DNA of 40,043 nucleotides, taken from Octopus bimaculoides. Taxonomy: Eukaryota. The stretch's first letter is position 1, and the number at the start of each line of letters is the position of its first letter. Below are positions 12,367 to 24,377 of this stretch, one piece after another. The stretch lies in assembly GCF_001194135.2 (NCBI RefSeq), contig NC_068994.1:37211417-37251459 (forward strand). Reading direction: 5' to 3'. A model generated the notes under the pieces. The model saw nothing but the letters and a program-made list of their open reading frames with translations, was not told the DNA's origin and searched no databases. The translations under genes and the position numbers were made by a program.

Positions 12367-12579
12367 TGGTTTCAAATTTTGGCACAAGGTGAGCAATTTG
12401 GTGGGGAAGGTAAGTCAATCACATCAGCCCCTGTTTTCAATTGGTACTTAATTTATTGTCCCTGACAGGATGAAAGCCAATGTCGACCTTGCTGGAATTT
12501 GAAAGCAGAACATAAAGACAGGAGATGACACTAAGCATTCTGCCTGGTGAGCTAAGAATTCTGCTAGCTCACCACCTTT
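12367..12579 (-). mobile_element. tRNA-derived SINE family C
   Basis: Reverse complement begins AAAGGTGGTGAGCTAGCAGAATT and matches the copies at 22681, 27057, 33762 and 39844. A partial second copy lies at about 12270-12345. Confidence 0.85.
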
Positions 12580-13248
12580 GAACTGGTACAAATTTTGAAC
12601 TACTTTTTATATGACATTTCATTGAAGGGCAGAATGTGACATAAGTCTCTCTTTTGGTCTACTGCTTGTGTCATGTGATATTTTGTGACCTCATAAGAAA
12701 ACTAGTGTAAGTACCAGAAACGTGATCTTAAAGATCCTTCTTTACAGTCTAGATTTCAGCTCCATGGAGAAGAAATCTCTCTACATACACCCTGAAGAAG
12801 GCCAGTCTCATTGACTCTATTGATAATAAAATATCCATCAGTACAGACTGTAAGCCAATGGTTAAAATTTCTAAATACTTAGAAATTATTTTCTCCCTCA
12901 GATAATTTGAAATAGAGTGAAAAAGAGTGAAATAAAATACATGAAAAATAAATCATAATTCAGTTTTCTGTTCAATTAATTTATTCCAATTTAAAAAACA
13001 AATATATAATCATTTATTCATATTTATATTTATTCATATTTATTTATTCATTTATTTTATATTACTGTTGGTAAACAATAGCATTGAGAGTGACAAGGGA
13101 GTATTTTACTCGATACTGAGCAAATATCTTGAAAGATATCATTTGTAAAGTACTTTTTATTCATTTTTCTTGCCATTGTTCACATTCATTTCTGATATAT
13201 ACATACAAACATATACAGTATATAGACTCACACATGCATATCCCAGCT

Positions 13249-13288
<40 letters not shown>

Positions 13289-13290
<2 letters not shown>

Positions 13291-13512
13291 TGAGGGAATG
13301 CAGAAAAGTTACTAGCTTTAAGGATATTGTGAAAGGCCTGGTTGGAAGCCCAATCTTTCCAGTTTGTCTACAAGGCTTACAAAAACTGAAGGAACACTGC
13401 AATAAGTGTGTGAATCTGAGAAAGGAATTTTTTTTTTTTAAATATCATAATTGACTGATGTTCCTGTATTTTCTTTTACCCAAAGCTGAGAACTTTTCAG
13501 CACCCCCTCACA
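13289..13512 (+). mobile_element. Mariner-derived MITE (family M), copy 1
   Basis: TA-flanked TIRs TGAGGGAATGCAGAAAAGTTACTAGCTTT and AAAGCTGAGAACTTTTCAGCACCCCCTCA. The interior resembles a transposase C-terminus (LKEHCNKCVNLR). Confidence 0.85.
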
Positions 13513-13606
13513 CACACATATATATATATACACATATATCTGTTTCTCTGTGTGTGTACGTGTGTGTGTGTGTGTGTATACATGCACACACACACACACA
13601 CGACAT

Positions 13607-13790
13607 ATCCCAACTAAAATATACCAGGTAGAAGGACCAGTCTTGGCACAGAAGCTCACCAATCTCTTTCAGACCATGTGGCAACAGAAAGTTGTTCCTC
13701 AGGAGCTTAAGGACCATTTCTATTGTCCGTCTCTACAAGAGAAAGGGAGAGAGGTAATCCCGCGGCAACCACCAAGGAATTTCTCTCCTT
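13607..13790 (+). mobile_element. RTE/BovB-like LINE reverse-transcriptase fragment
   Basis: IPTKIYQVEGPVLAQKLTNLFQTMWQQKVVPQELKD, then after a frameshift ISIVRLYKRKGER*SRGNHQGISLL; matches the RTE RT N-terminal blocks. Confidence 0.85.
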
Positions 13791-13894
13791 ATATATATAT
13801 ACATTCACACATACACAGGCACGCACATGCACGCATGCATGCACAAACACACACATACACATATACACACACACTTATACATATATGTGTATAC

Positions 13895-14043
13895 AATGAG
13901 TTTCTGCAGATTTTCAGTCTACTAAATTCCACTCCAAAGTAAACACATGGTCACAAAGGAAGAATGTTGTCCAAGGTACCCTGTGACAGAATCAAACAAG
14001 GATCAAATAATAACGAAGTACATGTTTTAACCACACAGTCATG
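13895..14043 (-). mobile_element. SINE family A head, degenerate
   Basis: AAATTCCACTCCAAAG..TTGTCCAAGGTACC..TTAACCACACAGTCATGC. Confidence 0.65.
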
Positions 14044-14194
14044 CAAAATATAGTTTATAAAATTTGTTTTCCCCATTGATTAATACGGGAGCTTCACACA
14101 TGTGGGATGTAGTGTCATTTAACAAAATCAATAGCTTCCAGCTTGATTTTTGTCATTATTATTTATTTCTTTTACTACTGCTGTTGTTGTTGTT

Positions 14195-14400
14195 GCTGTT
14201 GTTGTTTAGCCACAAGTTAGCTCTGAATGAGCTGACATATGATCAAAAGCATTGTAACCATGACCGTCTTCTTTATTTTTTTAGGGACAATATGTAACAT
14301 GCCCTTCCTTTTATAAGAAAACAGTGAGTGATTTGAGGGTGATTCAGTTAATATTTCTAGCAGATTGATTGACTACATAGAGGCTCTGTATTTCTGATGT
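14195..14400 (-). repeat. Family D (CAA-tailed) repeat
   Basis: GTTGTTGTTTAGCC..GATCAAAAGCATT..CCATGACC and GATTTGAGGG..TATTTCTAGCAG are the reverse complement of 19470-19675. Confidence 0.7.
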
Positions 14401-14547
14401 CTTTATCCCAAATACTTTTTTGTTGCAGATGCCAAATGAAACTTGTCAAATAAAATAGCTATATCCATGAGCCAGAAAAAAATTTACTTTGCAGGGTTGT
14501 AGAGAATGTTTTGAAATTAAGCATACCGAATAATTTATGCCTTATAA

Positions 14548-14740
14548 CAGTCATCATCATCATTTTATCTTTTTATCCTTTTACACCCATATTACCATAC
14601 TGGTATAGGTTTGATGGGTCTCACACCATTTCACCAGATTTCATTGGTCTTTATCATCAGGCATTTACACAGAACAAAGGAAACTGCAATCTGTGCTGCT
14701 ATGTTATTTATTTTTTTCTGTGGCTGGACGCCTTTCCCTT
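14548..14740 (-). mobile_element. Degenerate RTE-type 3' tail
   Basis: CATCATCAT..CCATACTGGTATAGGTTTGATGG..GGCTGGACGCCTTTCC resembles 1590-1720 and 18011-18063. Confidence 0.5.
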
Positions 14741-16849
14741 CATTTACAACTTTATAATATAGACTGATGCATCTTATCATGCCACAAGCACTAGATAGAT
14801 TGCATGCTTCAGAACTCGTAGCGGTTTTTATTCAGAATTACTGCTTTATTCAAGGGGTTGCCTGAACAGCAGTTTGTGGAATCGGTGTCTACTCTGTGTA
14901 ATCCTATTTCCCTTTGCTACATGGATGCTTTCAACTTGGCAATAATTTTACAGTATAGAATGCCACAATCACAAGGGAGGTTGTTAATAGCAAGACTAAA
15001 GAGTCTTGTCTACACTGCATCCACTAAAGACTGAAAAGGGAATGATGACAAATTAACAGTTGTTTTACATTAAATCATGAGGAATAGTTTTAAAGCTAAC
15101 CTTTATAATTATAATATTTTTAATCAACTTCATTAGTTCTTTACTGTAATTATAACTTAAATTCATAAATTCTTTCATTCATATCTATTCAGAGTAGTTA
15201 GTAGTCCATTTATAACTTGTGATAACTTTTAGACTATCCTTCTTCAGATTTATTAAATTTTGTGATAAAAATACTGATCAGAGTTTTAAAAGACTTGAAC
15301 CTGTAACATTTTGCCGTGATAATAATTAGCAGTGCTGTGACTATTTTCAGCTCTACATAGAAATTTTTAATTTATTTCTGAGATTAACTAATTATGTTTT
15401 CACTTTTTTCTTCTGCTAATAACATTTTATCTTTGGCATTCTAATTCTGTTCCAAGAGATATGTAATTTAAAAATCTTTCCACTAACTAGTACAGTAGTA
15501 CATAGGGTAAAGTAACTATTAATTTGAAGTAGTTTAATTTTTTCACTTTCTGAGCATTTTCCATAAACAAACAGCCTGATTTGAAAGTTTAGCGATCTTA
15601 GTTCATTCTTCAACATTTAACATAAAAATCAAATATAAAGAGGCAGTAAGAATTCCTTTGAATTAGAAAAGGTGAAATGGAATCTTCAAAGAAGATTTGA
15701 ATAATTTTCTCTATCACAAGAATAGAAAAGATAACAATAGGTTTGGTTCCTTTTCATTAGGCTTCAGCCAAAAAATAAATATTTAAAAAGAAAGAAAGGT
15801 AGGAGGCTTTAAAGAAGGTAGAAGATGGAAGCACATAAATATAAGTTACCATCTGACATTGAATGAAGTGTGACAATTTAATATTTCGAAGATCAAACAA
15901 ACAGTCTAAGATAATTAGATTCCAACTGCCAAACATTTTTCATATTTAAAGAGAGATTCTAAAACATCAAACTGTTATTACTGAAATCATAACGGGGAAA
16001 ACATGCTACTCCTATTTAAAAATCAAAGATAGAAAAACAGTGTGTGTATATGTAAATGTGTCTGTGTGTAGATCCTGAAAATATTTGGAAAAAAATTCTA
16101 TTTATTTCAAGTAACAGAGCTTACTGAATAACTTTTTATTTATCTATTATTTTCTTTCTTTTTTTTTTTGTTACTAAATTGGATTTATTTTTAAAAATAA
16201 TCTTGAATTTGATCGTATTTTTTACCATTTTTTTTTTTGTTTTAGGCAATTTTGTAAAAATATTTAAAACATTTTATGAAGATAAATAAGTTGGCTGAGT
16301 TACACTTATAAAAAAAACAAAAACGAAGACTAAATGCAAAAGCTGATAAAGTTTACAATTTATAAGGTTAGCAAATAGCTTCACAATTTTAAAGAAATAT
16401 TTTCCAAAACTTCTGTTGTAGAATACTAAAGAATAATAATACCTGAATGCTGAATGCTGGCAACTGATGAATAAGAATACAAGAGCATTCTTTCAGAAAG
16501 ACTTGCTTGATCCGTGCCATACTTGCTTCAGCAGATTGTTTATTTACACCATTTCAGTTCCATCTAACATGCCATTGTATTGTCTGGGTAAATTGAATGC
16601 TCAAAACACTTCCTGCTATTGTGAATCTACAACTGGGAATCTACCAAATGCATTGCTTTAATAATTTATACAGAGGCAAAAATTACCTTTGTCTTTCTAT
16701 AGATTCTATCATTAGTTTGTTTATTGTTATTATTATTTTTTTTTTAAATTCTTTTCTGCTAAAGCTATTCACAGTTTTTAACCAAATGCTGACATCATAC
16801 AATCTTCATTTCCGCCTTCGTTCTGGTGACAGTTATAACTTTCAAATAA

Positions 16850-17615
16850 CAATGATTACAATGATGATGATGATGATGATGATGATGTTAGTGGTGGTAG
16901 TGGGAGCGACGATGATGATGACGACAATGATGACAGAGATGAGGATGATAATAATTACATTAAGGTGGAAGACAATTGATTTCTAAAAATAAAATTGCAC
17001 TTATTGGAACTTGTCATTTTACTACTGCTGCTGCTGTTGTTACTGCTGCTGCTACTACTACCACTATAGCAGTTGCTGCTGTTGATGGTGGTAGTGATGA
17101 TGACACTGATAATGAGAATAACAATGATGATGACAATGAGAATGATGCTGTTGCTGCTGCTGCTACCACTGCCACTTCCTCCAATTCCATCACAGCTGCT
17201 GCGGACACCGATGCCATCACTTCCACCTGTTCCATCACAACTGCTGCTGCTTCTGCTGCACTCCCACTACTGACAGATGATTATGATGATGATGATGATG
17301 ATGATGACAATGATGACGATGATGACGACGACGATGATGATAGTGATGACGAAGATGATGATGATGATGATGACGACGATGTTGATGATGATGATGATGA
17401 TAAAGATGATGATGATGATGACGGCGACAATGTTGATGATGATGATGATGATGATGCTAACGACAATGACAATTATAACGATGACGAGTAGGATAACGAA
17501 GATGATGACAATGACAGTGACGATGAAGTTGATGATGATGATGATGCAGCCTGTATTACTGTTACTGACATTGTTGTTTCTCTTTCTAATACTACTGTTG
17601 TTGTTGCTGTTGTGG
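16850..17615. repeat. Large degenerate trinucleotide block (GAT/GAC, GCT, GTT)
   Basis: Directly visible; produces poly-D/M/I/S ORFs in several frames. Confidence 0.9.
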
Positions 17616-17619
17616 TTGA

Positions 17620-17822
17620 CCATTTAGCATTCATACTATTTTCTCAAATCTAATGTTCATTTATTCACATTATCTTGAATTTATCATGCATTATCTTGTG
17701 GCTCCAAGATTTCAAAAACGGGATTGGTTTATTTTCAGAATGACATTGTAGGGTAGGTGTGAGAGGACAGATCTGGCCAGTTTGAACAAACAAGTAGAAT
17801 ATTTGAGCCAGATACAGCTGGT
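17620..17822 (-). mobile_element. piggyBac-like MITE P1, truncated, head-to-head with the next copy
   Basis: TTGA-CCATTTAGCATTCA end; the body is the reverse complement of the intact copy at 32834. Confidence 0.85.
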
Positions 17823-17826
17823 TCAA

Positions 17827-18083
17827 CCCATTAGCATTTAAACTGACCATCCAACCCTAATATTCTAATTGTATTACGTTCAAACTGGCCAGGTCTGATA
17901 TCATTCTAAAAACAAAAAAATCACATCATCAAAATCTCAAAGCCACAAGATAATACAGGATTAATTTGAAACAATATGAATAAATAAGCATTATATTTGA
18001 CAAAATAATCATCATCACCATCATCGTTTAATGTCCGCTTTCCATGCTAGCATGGGTTGGACGATTATCTGAATGCTAAAGGT
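17827..18083 (+). mobile_element. piggyBac-like MITE P1 interrupted by a 53-bp RTE tail
   Basis: CCCATTAGCATTT...AATGCTAAAGGT followed by TTAA; insertion at 18011-18063. Confidence 0.85.
18011..18063 (-). mobile_element. Extreme 3' end of an RTE LINE or RTE-mobilised element
   Basis: Reverse complement CGTCCAACCCATGCTAGCATGGAAAGCGGACATTAAACGATGATGGTGATGAT; flanked by ATAATC and ATTATC. Confidence 0.8.
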
Positions 18084-18308
18084 TTAAAAGCTTAAAAGTT
18101 AAAGTAAGTAAAACAAATGAATCTCTGTCAGCTTTAATAATGGATATCATTTATTTATTTGTTCAACTGAATTAACTAGTTGCCCATTCACTTAGCATGC
18201 AAGTGGCTGAGTATTCTTGAGTGAAGCTTTATTTTAATCTTCAAACAATTCTAGAACACAATACATGAGATGGCTGAACCATTGGAATTACAGGTACAAG
18301 TTATCCAT

Positions 18309-18457
18309 TGGACTTTCTATAGTTTCTGCCTATGCAGTTTTACTCACAAGGCTGGAGTTAGTTTGTGGTTATGACAAATGATACCTGCTCAAGATACCAA
18401 GTAATGGAATTGAACCCAGAACCTCAGGACTGTGAACGTTTTAGCCATACAACCATG
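18309..18457 (-). mobile_element. SINE family A head, highly degenerate
   Basis: TTACTCACAAGGC..CTGCTCAAGATACC..GGAATTGAACCCAGAACC. Confidence 0.6.
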
Positions 18458-19239
18458 TTGTTGCATCTTGTAGTGGGGTCCTGCATCAGGAATTCCTGGA
18501 TTTTAAGGAGAGTGGAACTACCTTTTAGCCTCTATTGTTCCTGAAATAGAAGCTCCAGTCGTGGTCGCAGTTATGAATTAAGTAACATATTAGTGCTTGC
18601 CTATGAAGAGTGGATCTGGTAAAATCTGTGGAAGAAATGTTCATGGTTCAACAGAGGGAAGATGGTTGCAGCAATGCATTGTGAAGTGCAGTGAATGAGA
18701 TGAAGCAAGGAAAACATCTTGGTCATCCACTACACCCATCTCTATCCCCAATCATCTTGACCTGGTTTTGCCACTAGATTGAAGATGACCATGGACATGA
18801 AAGTTACATTGACAGTGCACTGCTCTTCTTTACTTTAAACAAAGTAAACATGCAAATAATTAGTCATCTTTAAGGATGACTAAATGGTCCTCATCGCCTC
18901 CATGGACAAACATGGATAGTACAATTGCCATTATGCTGCCTTCGCCTCCTTTTCCTCCTCTTCCTTTTCATCTTCATTCGCCTCCTTCTCATCATCATCA
19001 TCACCATCACTATCCTCCTCCTACCTTTTCTACTATTAGTATCACCATTACAAATATTACAGTTACATGTATTTGTTCCTTTGGGGAGATAGTAGGGGAG
19101 GTGAATGAGTTGGAGGAAGAATTGGTTGTTTTTTCTAGCTAGTCAAACAACTATATAAAAGCTCTCATCATAGTTCATGAGGCTTCCTAACATTCAAGCT
19201 CAACATGAACATAAAAGTATATCAGCCAATGAAAGACTG

Positions 19240-19830
19240 CCTACATGGGTGAGTGCCTCATAAAAAATAGCAGCCAAATTCCTCTCAAACAACACCATCT
19301 GTGTAAATGATGCATAAGATAATATAATCTGGTGTACATTTTTTCCTGGAAAAAAAAAATGACTGGTCACAGCTTGTAAATGTGTGACCATAGGTCTAAC
19401 CTGAGGCTAAACAAAAGAAAGAAAAGAATGGAAAAGCCAATTGGAGAAACATGAATGAATGAGGGATCCTCTGCATGGTCACTGAACTTGCTAGAAATAG
19501 CTGCTGAATCTCCTTTAAATTGCACCCACTGTTTTATAAAGTGGCTCATGGGATAATGTAATCAGGAGCAAACTAGTCCTGAAAATACATTGGTATGGTC
19601 ATGGCTGGAACGTCTTTGATCATAGGTCTGTTCAATCAGGGCTGAATTGGGCCTAAACAATAACAGCAACACAAGTCGTCAAGAGAGCCTCACATAGTCA
19701 CTTGATCAGCTGAAAATAGCAGCTGGCAACCAAATCTCTCTCAAACTGTCTTAAAGTGGTCACATTAGATAATGTTGTCCAGGGTATACTAATCCTGAAA
19801 AAAAAAAGAGAAAAAGAAAGGGATCAGTGC
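19240..19830 (+). repeat. Three tandem copies of family D repeat
   Basis: An AAATAGC(A/T)GC..AATCTC motif recurs at about 19263, 19493 and 19712; GGCTAAACAA or GGCCTAAACAA tails lie at about 19405 and 19650. Confidence 0.75.
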
Positions 19831-19976
19831 TGATTTTAGATTTAGCGGGGTCTTAAGCTATATAATGCTTTGCGGGCCCCTTCTTTAAAGAATTACAATA
19901 GAAAGTCTTATAAAAATTGAAAACATATAAGCATTTTAATTATTCTGAGGCCTCTGCAAATTGTAAGGCTCGAAAC

Positions 19977-20235
19977 CATTGGTTCTCACCTGGGGTCCAT
20001 ATGAGCCTTTGGGGACCCATGTAAAATTTTGTTGTTAAAATTTATGCGCATATAAATTTGTTTTACTTCTACAATATACAAAACGTTTTAACAATTTTTT
20101 TAATACAATTTCTAATAATATTTAATCATGAAAATATAATAGAATTTTTTTTAGATCTTGAATGGTTATGCGGGTCCATCTGAGTGAAATAGGAATCAAA
20201 AGAGTTCATAGGCTAAAAACAGTTGAGAAACTCTA
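19977..20235 (+). mobile_element. hAT (Charlie-like) MITE, second copy
   Basis: CATTGGTTCTCACC...AGTTGAGAAACTCTA; the body aligns with 10281-10536. Confidence 0.75.
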
Positions 20236-20711
20236 CTCTATATGGTAACTTGTTTAGCTAAGCCTAAATTCTGAACTGAATGTGAACATGAGTGGAATGG
20301 ATTAAATAAGTGGCTTGCTTCAGTGAAGTTAATTTTGGGTCAAATAACAAGCAATAGTGAAAGAACATCAAACACAACCAAACATATATGTAAGGGAAAG
20401 GGGAGTGATGTACTAAATATTGTATGCAAACATTTCTTAATTAAAAATTTCTCTTCCAGTTGAAGAATGGAAACTAAATAATAATAGTAATAGCTGCATA
20501 CAAAGACTCAAAGAAAAGGGGAAATAATTTCAAAAAATAAATTAAGAATTAATTTCTCAAATTAATTTTCATATTTAAGGAAAGGACAGTCTGATCTTTG
20601 TTAACTGGTAAATGATAGGACATATTTCAGTTTATTAGACCTTATCAATATCATGTAGTTGACTCAAGCATATAGTTCTAGTGAAGGATTTTTTACATAG
20701 AGAAAATATAG

Positions 20712-20760
20712 CATGCATGTGTCTGCACACACACAGATGCATGCACACACACAGATGCAT

Positions 20761-20830
<70 letters not shown>
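20712..20830. repeat. (CA)n microsatellite
   Basis: Directly visible. Confidence 0.95.
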
Positions 20831-20997
20831 TCTAATATTCATTTGGATATTCATGATCTGCATGTATGGAAAGGCATTTGGCAGTTTTAGTGTATACACA
20901 CGTGCTGGATGTGTTTTTTCTTATTCTTACATCAAATTCCTAGAATGGCATGGGGGTTAATGCCTGTAAGCAAACAAATACTGATCATCAAGTGACA

Positions 20998-21202
20998 TAT
21001 GAGAGGGTGCTGGAAAGTTCCTGGCTTTAAGGGTATTGCAAGAGGCTTCTGAGTTCTTTTGCAGAGCTTAGAAAAACTGAAAGATCACTGTAATAAGAGT
21101 GAGAATCTGAGATGGAAATATGTTGGATAAATTCATAACTAACTGATCCTCCTATCTTTTCTTTTACTCAAAACCAGGACATTTTCAGCACACACCCCCA
21201 TA
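20998..21202 (+). mobile_element. Mariner-derived MITE M, copy 2
   Basis: TATGAGAGGGTGCTGGAAAGTTCCTGGCTTT...AAAACCAGGACATTTTCAGCACACACCCCCATA. Confidence 0.85.
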
Positions 21203-21204
21203 TA

Positions 21205-21330
21205 CATGACAGGCTTCCATACAGTTTCCTTCAACGATATTCACTTACAAGGCATTGGTCAGGCCAGGGCTATAGTAGGAGACATTTGCCCAAGCTGCCA
21301 CACAATAGGACTGAACTTAGAACCTCATGA
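21205..21330 (-). mobile_element. SINE family A head fragment
   Basis: GACAGGCTTCC..CACTTACAAGGC..GGCTATAGTAG..GGACTGAAC. Confidence 0.75.
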
Positions 21331-21399
21331 TTACAAAATGATTTGGGCTTCGACACAGTTTGCATCAAATAAATTCTATTCATTGGTTAATACAAGGCT

Positions 21400-21877
21400 A
21401 CAGTAGTGAACACTTTACCTTTGGGATGATTGCTCCTTGAAATTTGTCCAGCCCTTTCTTACTCTGGCTGTTATACTTTCTGTACCATTTCTTACCCTGT
21501 TAATTATGACACACTGTAAACTGAAGTGTTAGATTGCTTCTAGTGAGCCATCAAGGCATTTTGGAGGATTTATTTCAAGTATGCTCATGGTATATATTAC
21601 TCCAGTGCATCTGTCTCATACAAAGCTGTCAGTCTACATCTCTTAAATGCTTTTAACTTACATTGTGTACAGTATTCTTTTACTTGTTTTAGGCATTTAA
21701 CTGTGGCCATGCTGGAGTACTGCCTTTAATCAAACAAGTCGACTCCAGGACGTATTCTTTGTAAGCCTAGTACTTATTTTATCAGTCTCTTTTGCCAAAC
21801 TGGTAAGTTACAAGGACGTAAACACACCAACATTGAGTGTCAAGCGATGGTGGTGGGGACAAACGCAGACACACAAA

Positions 21878-21941
<64 letters not shown>

Positions 21942-22475
21942 GACAGGCTTCTTTCAGCTTCTGTCTGCCAAATCCACTCACAAGGCTTTGGTCAGCCCGA
22001 GGCTATAGCAGAAGACACTTGCCCAATGTGCCACACAGTGGGACTGAACCCGGAACCATGTGGTTGGTAATCAAGCTACTTACCACACAGACACTTTTGC
22101 GCCTATATGGAGTTTATACCTATTGCTTTTCAGCATATTGAACAAGGCCATTTCCCTGGCAATACCAAGATCTTATCTCGTTCCGTACTTCCCGATAACT
22201 TAGTCCTTGCTAAGTTAACCTTGAGGCTTCCCAATTCTAGGTTTAGCTTCCATGCCTGGAATTCCTTCTTTAACTCTACTATAGATTCAACAACAAGAAC
22301 TTGTATGGGTTCCCACAGACAACCGGTCTTAATCTTAATCTCCTCTATGATAGCTTGTACGATGAATTGGTTGGAGCTGAGAACTGAGCTTTGGTGAATC
22401 CCCTATCTTTGCTCCAAATTTATAACTAAATTCATTGTTCACTCACTATACTTATTTCTACTTTGTAAATCCCCA
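21400..22475 (-). mobile_element. RTE LINE RT/zinc-finger region, split by a SINE A insertion
   Basis: Minus strand: IHQSSVLS..VESIVELKKEFQAWKLNLELGSLKVNLARTK..PGKWPCSIC*KAIGINS; then, after the SINE, CTQCKL..KRC..TESITARVRKGWTNFKE. The YADD motif is lost. Confidence 0.85.
21673..22106 (-). mobile_element. SINE family A, full length with internal (TA)n
   Basis: Head with A/B boxes at 22106-21941, microsatellite at 21868-21940, and tail ending CCAGCATGGCCACAGTTAAATGCCTAAAACAAGTAAAAGAATA. Confidence 0.92.
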
Positions 22476-22680
22476 AATTGTGTTTCTTTCTCTACGGATC
22501 TTGCACTGGTTGTATTACCAGTGAATACTTGGTGCATTTGAATCCTATGATTATAGTTATACCCTAATCATTAATTTTTTTCTTATGCTTATTATTAGGG
22601 CTACTCATAGAATTTACATTATTTTTGTTGATTTTTGACATATTGCATCCATTTGTGTTCTTATTACTAGTATTCATATA

Positions 22681-23225
22681 AAGGCAGTGAGCTGGTAGAA
22701 TTGTTAGCATGCAGGACAAAATCTTTAGTAGTATTTCATCTGTCTTCAGATTCTGAGTTCAAATTCCACCTGGGTCAATTTAGCCTTTTATTCTTTCGGG
22801 GTTGACAAAATATGCACCAGTTGAAAACTGTGAAGGCGCGTAGCTTAGTGGTTAGGGCATTCAGCTCACGATCATAATTTCGTGAGTTTGATTCCCGATG
22901 ACGCATTGTGTCCTTGAGCAAGACACTTTATTTCACGTTACTCCAGTCCACTCAGCTGGCAAAAATGAGTAGTACCTGTATTTCAAAGGGCTGGCCTTGT
23001 CACGCTGAGTCTCCCTGAGAACTACGTTGGGGGTACACGTGTCTGTGGAGTGCTCAGCCACTTGCACGTTAATTTCACGAGCAAGCTGTTCTGTTGATCG
23101 TATCAGCTGGGACCCTCGCCGTCGTAACCAATGGAGTGCTCCTCCAGTTGAACACGGGTTGATGTAATTGATTAACACCCTCCCCTAATATTTCAGGCCT
23201 TGTGCCTACAGCAGAAAGAATTATT
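22681..23225 (+). mobile_element. SINE family C (host of nested insertion)
   Basis: AAGGCAGTGAGCTGGTAGAATTGTTAGC head to 22825; resumes at 23153 with CACGGGTTGATGTAATTG..CCTTGTGCCTA..AGAAAGAATTATTA. Confidence 0.88.
22832..23143 (+). mobile_element. tRNA-derived SINE family B2 nested in SINE C
   Basis: A box TAGCTTAGTGG and B box AGTTTGATTCC; 9-bp TSD CCAGTTGAA at 22817-22825 and 23144-23152. Confidence 0.92.
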
Positions 23226-23761
23226 AGTATTATTATAGGTGTGGAAGATATACTGCAATTAATAGTTTTAGAAAGGACTTTATAGGCATCCACTGGTTTG
23301 TCATTAGATTACCTCGAAATATTTACTTTTGTTTTACTATTCTTTATAAATTAGTAGTTCCCTTTCAAGTTTAGTTCACTGGTATATAAACTAAACAGTT
23401 GCTTAAGTGAAAAATCACCATTGTTAGGGAGACAAGAACAACTTTGTTGCTTTGTATCTCACCTTCTTTCCTCGTTATTTCTGTCACTACTAGTGTATAC
23501 TGTTGTTAAAATCATGTAATAATTTCTGATCAGCTCTCTCTTATTATCCACTTTCATCTCCATTAGCAACATTCAACTGGATGAAGATGATATTAATAAT
23601 AATAGTCTGTAGAGGTACATAATATATCGTTGGGTGTATTCCTTGTAGCATGTATTGTGATAGCTCTGTTAACTAAAAGAGGTTGTATGCATGCACAAGT
23701 TAAATATTTATATAGATCTATGTATGTGTGTGTATATATATATATATATGCGTATGTATAC

Positions 23762-23808
<47 letters not shown>

Positions 23809-23989
23809 TAAATATAATTCTGTATGTATGTGTGTGTGTGTATGAATATATGTTTGTTTATAATATGCATGTACATGTTAAATACCTATTTATCTGTCTG
23901 TCTGTCTGCCTATCAATCTACCTATATATGTATGTATGTATGTTTGTCTGTGTGTTTGTGTGTGTCTGCATATGTATGTATACATTTTT

Positions 23990-24377
<388 letters not shown>

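Noticed and set aside
12790-12840. CCTGAAGAAGGCC resembling the start of a hammerhead core
   Set aside because: No GAAA half or pairing stems follow.
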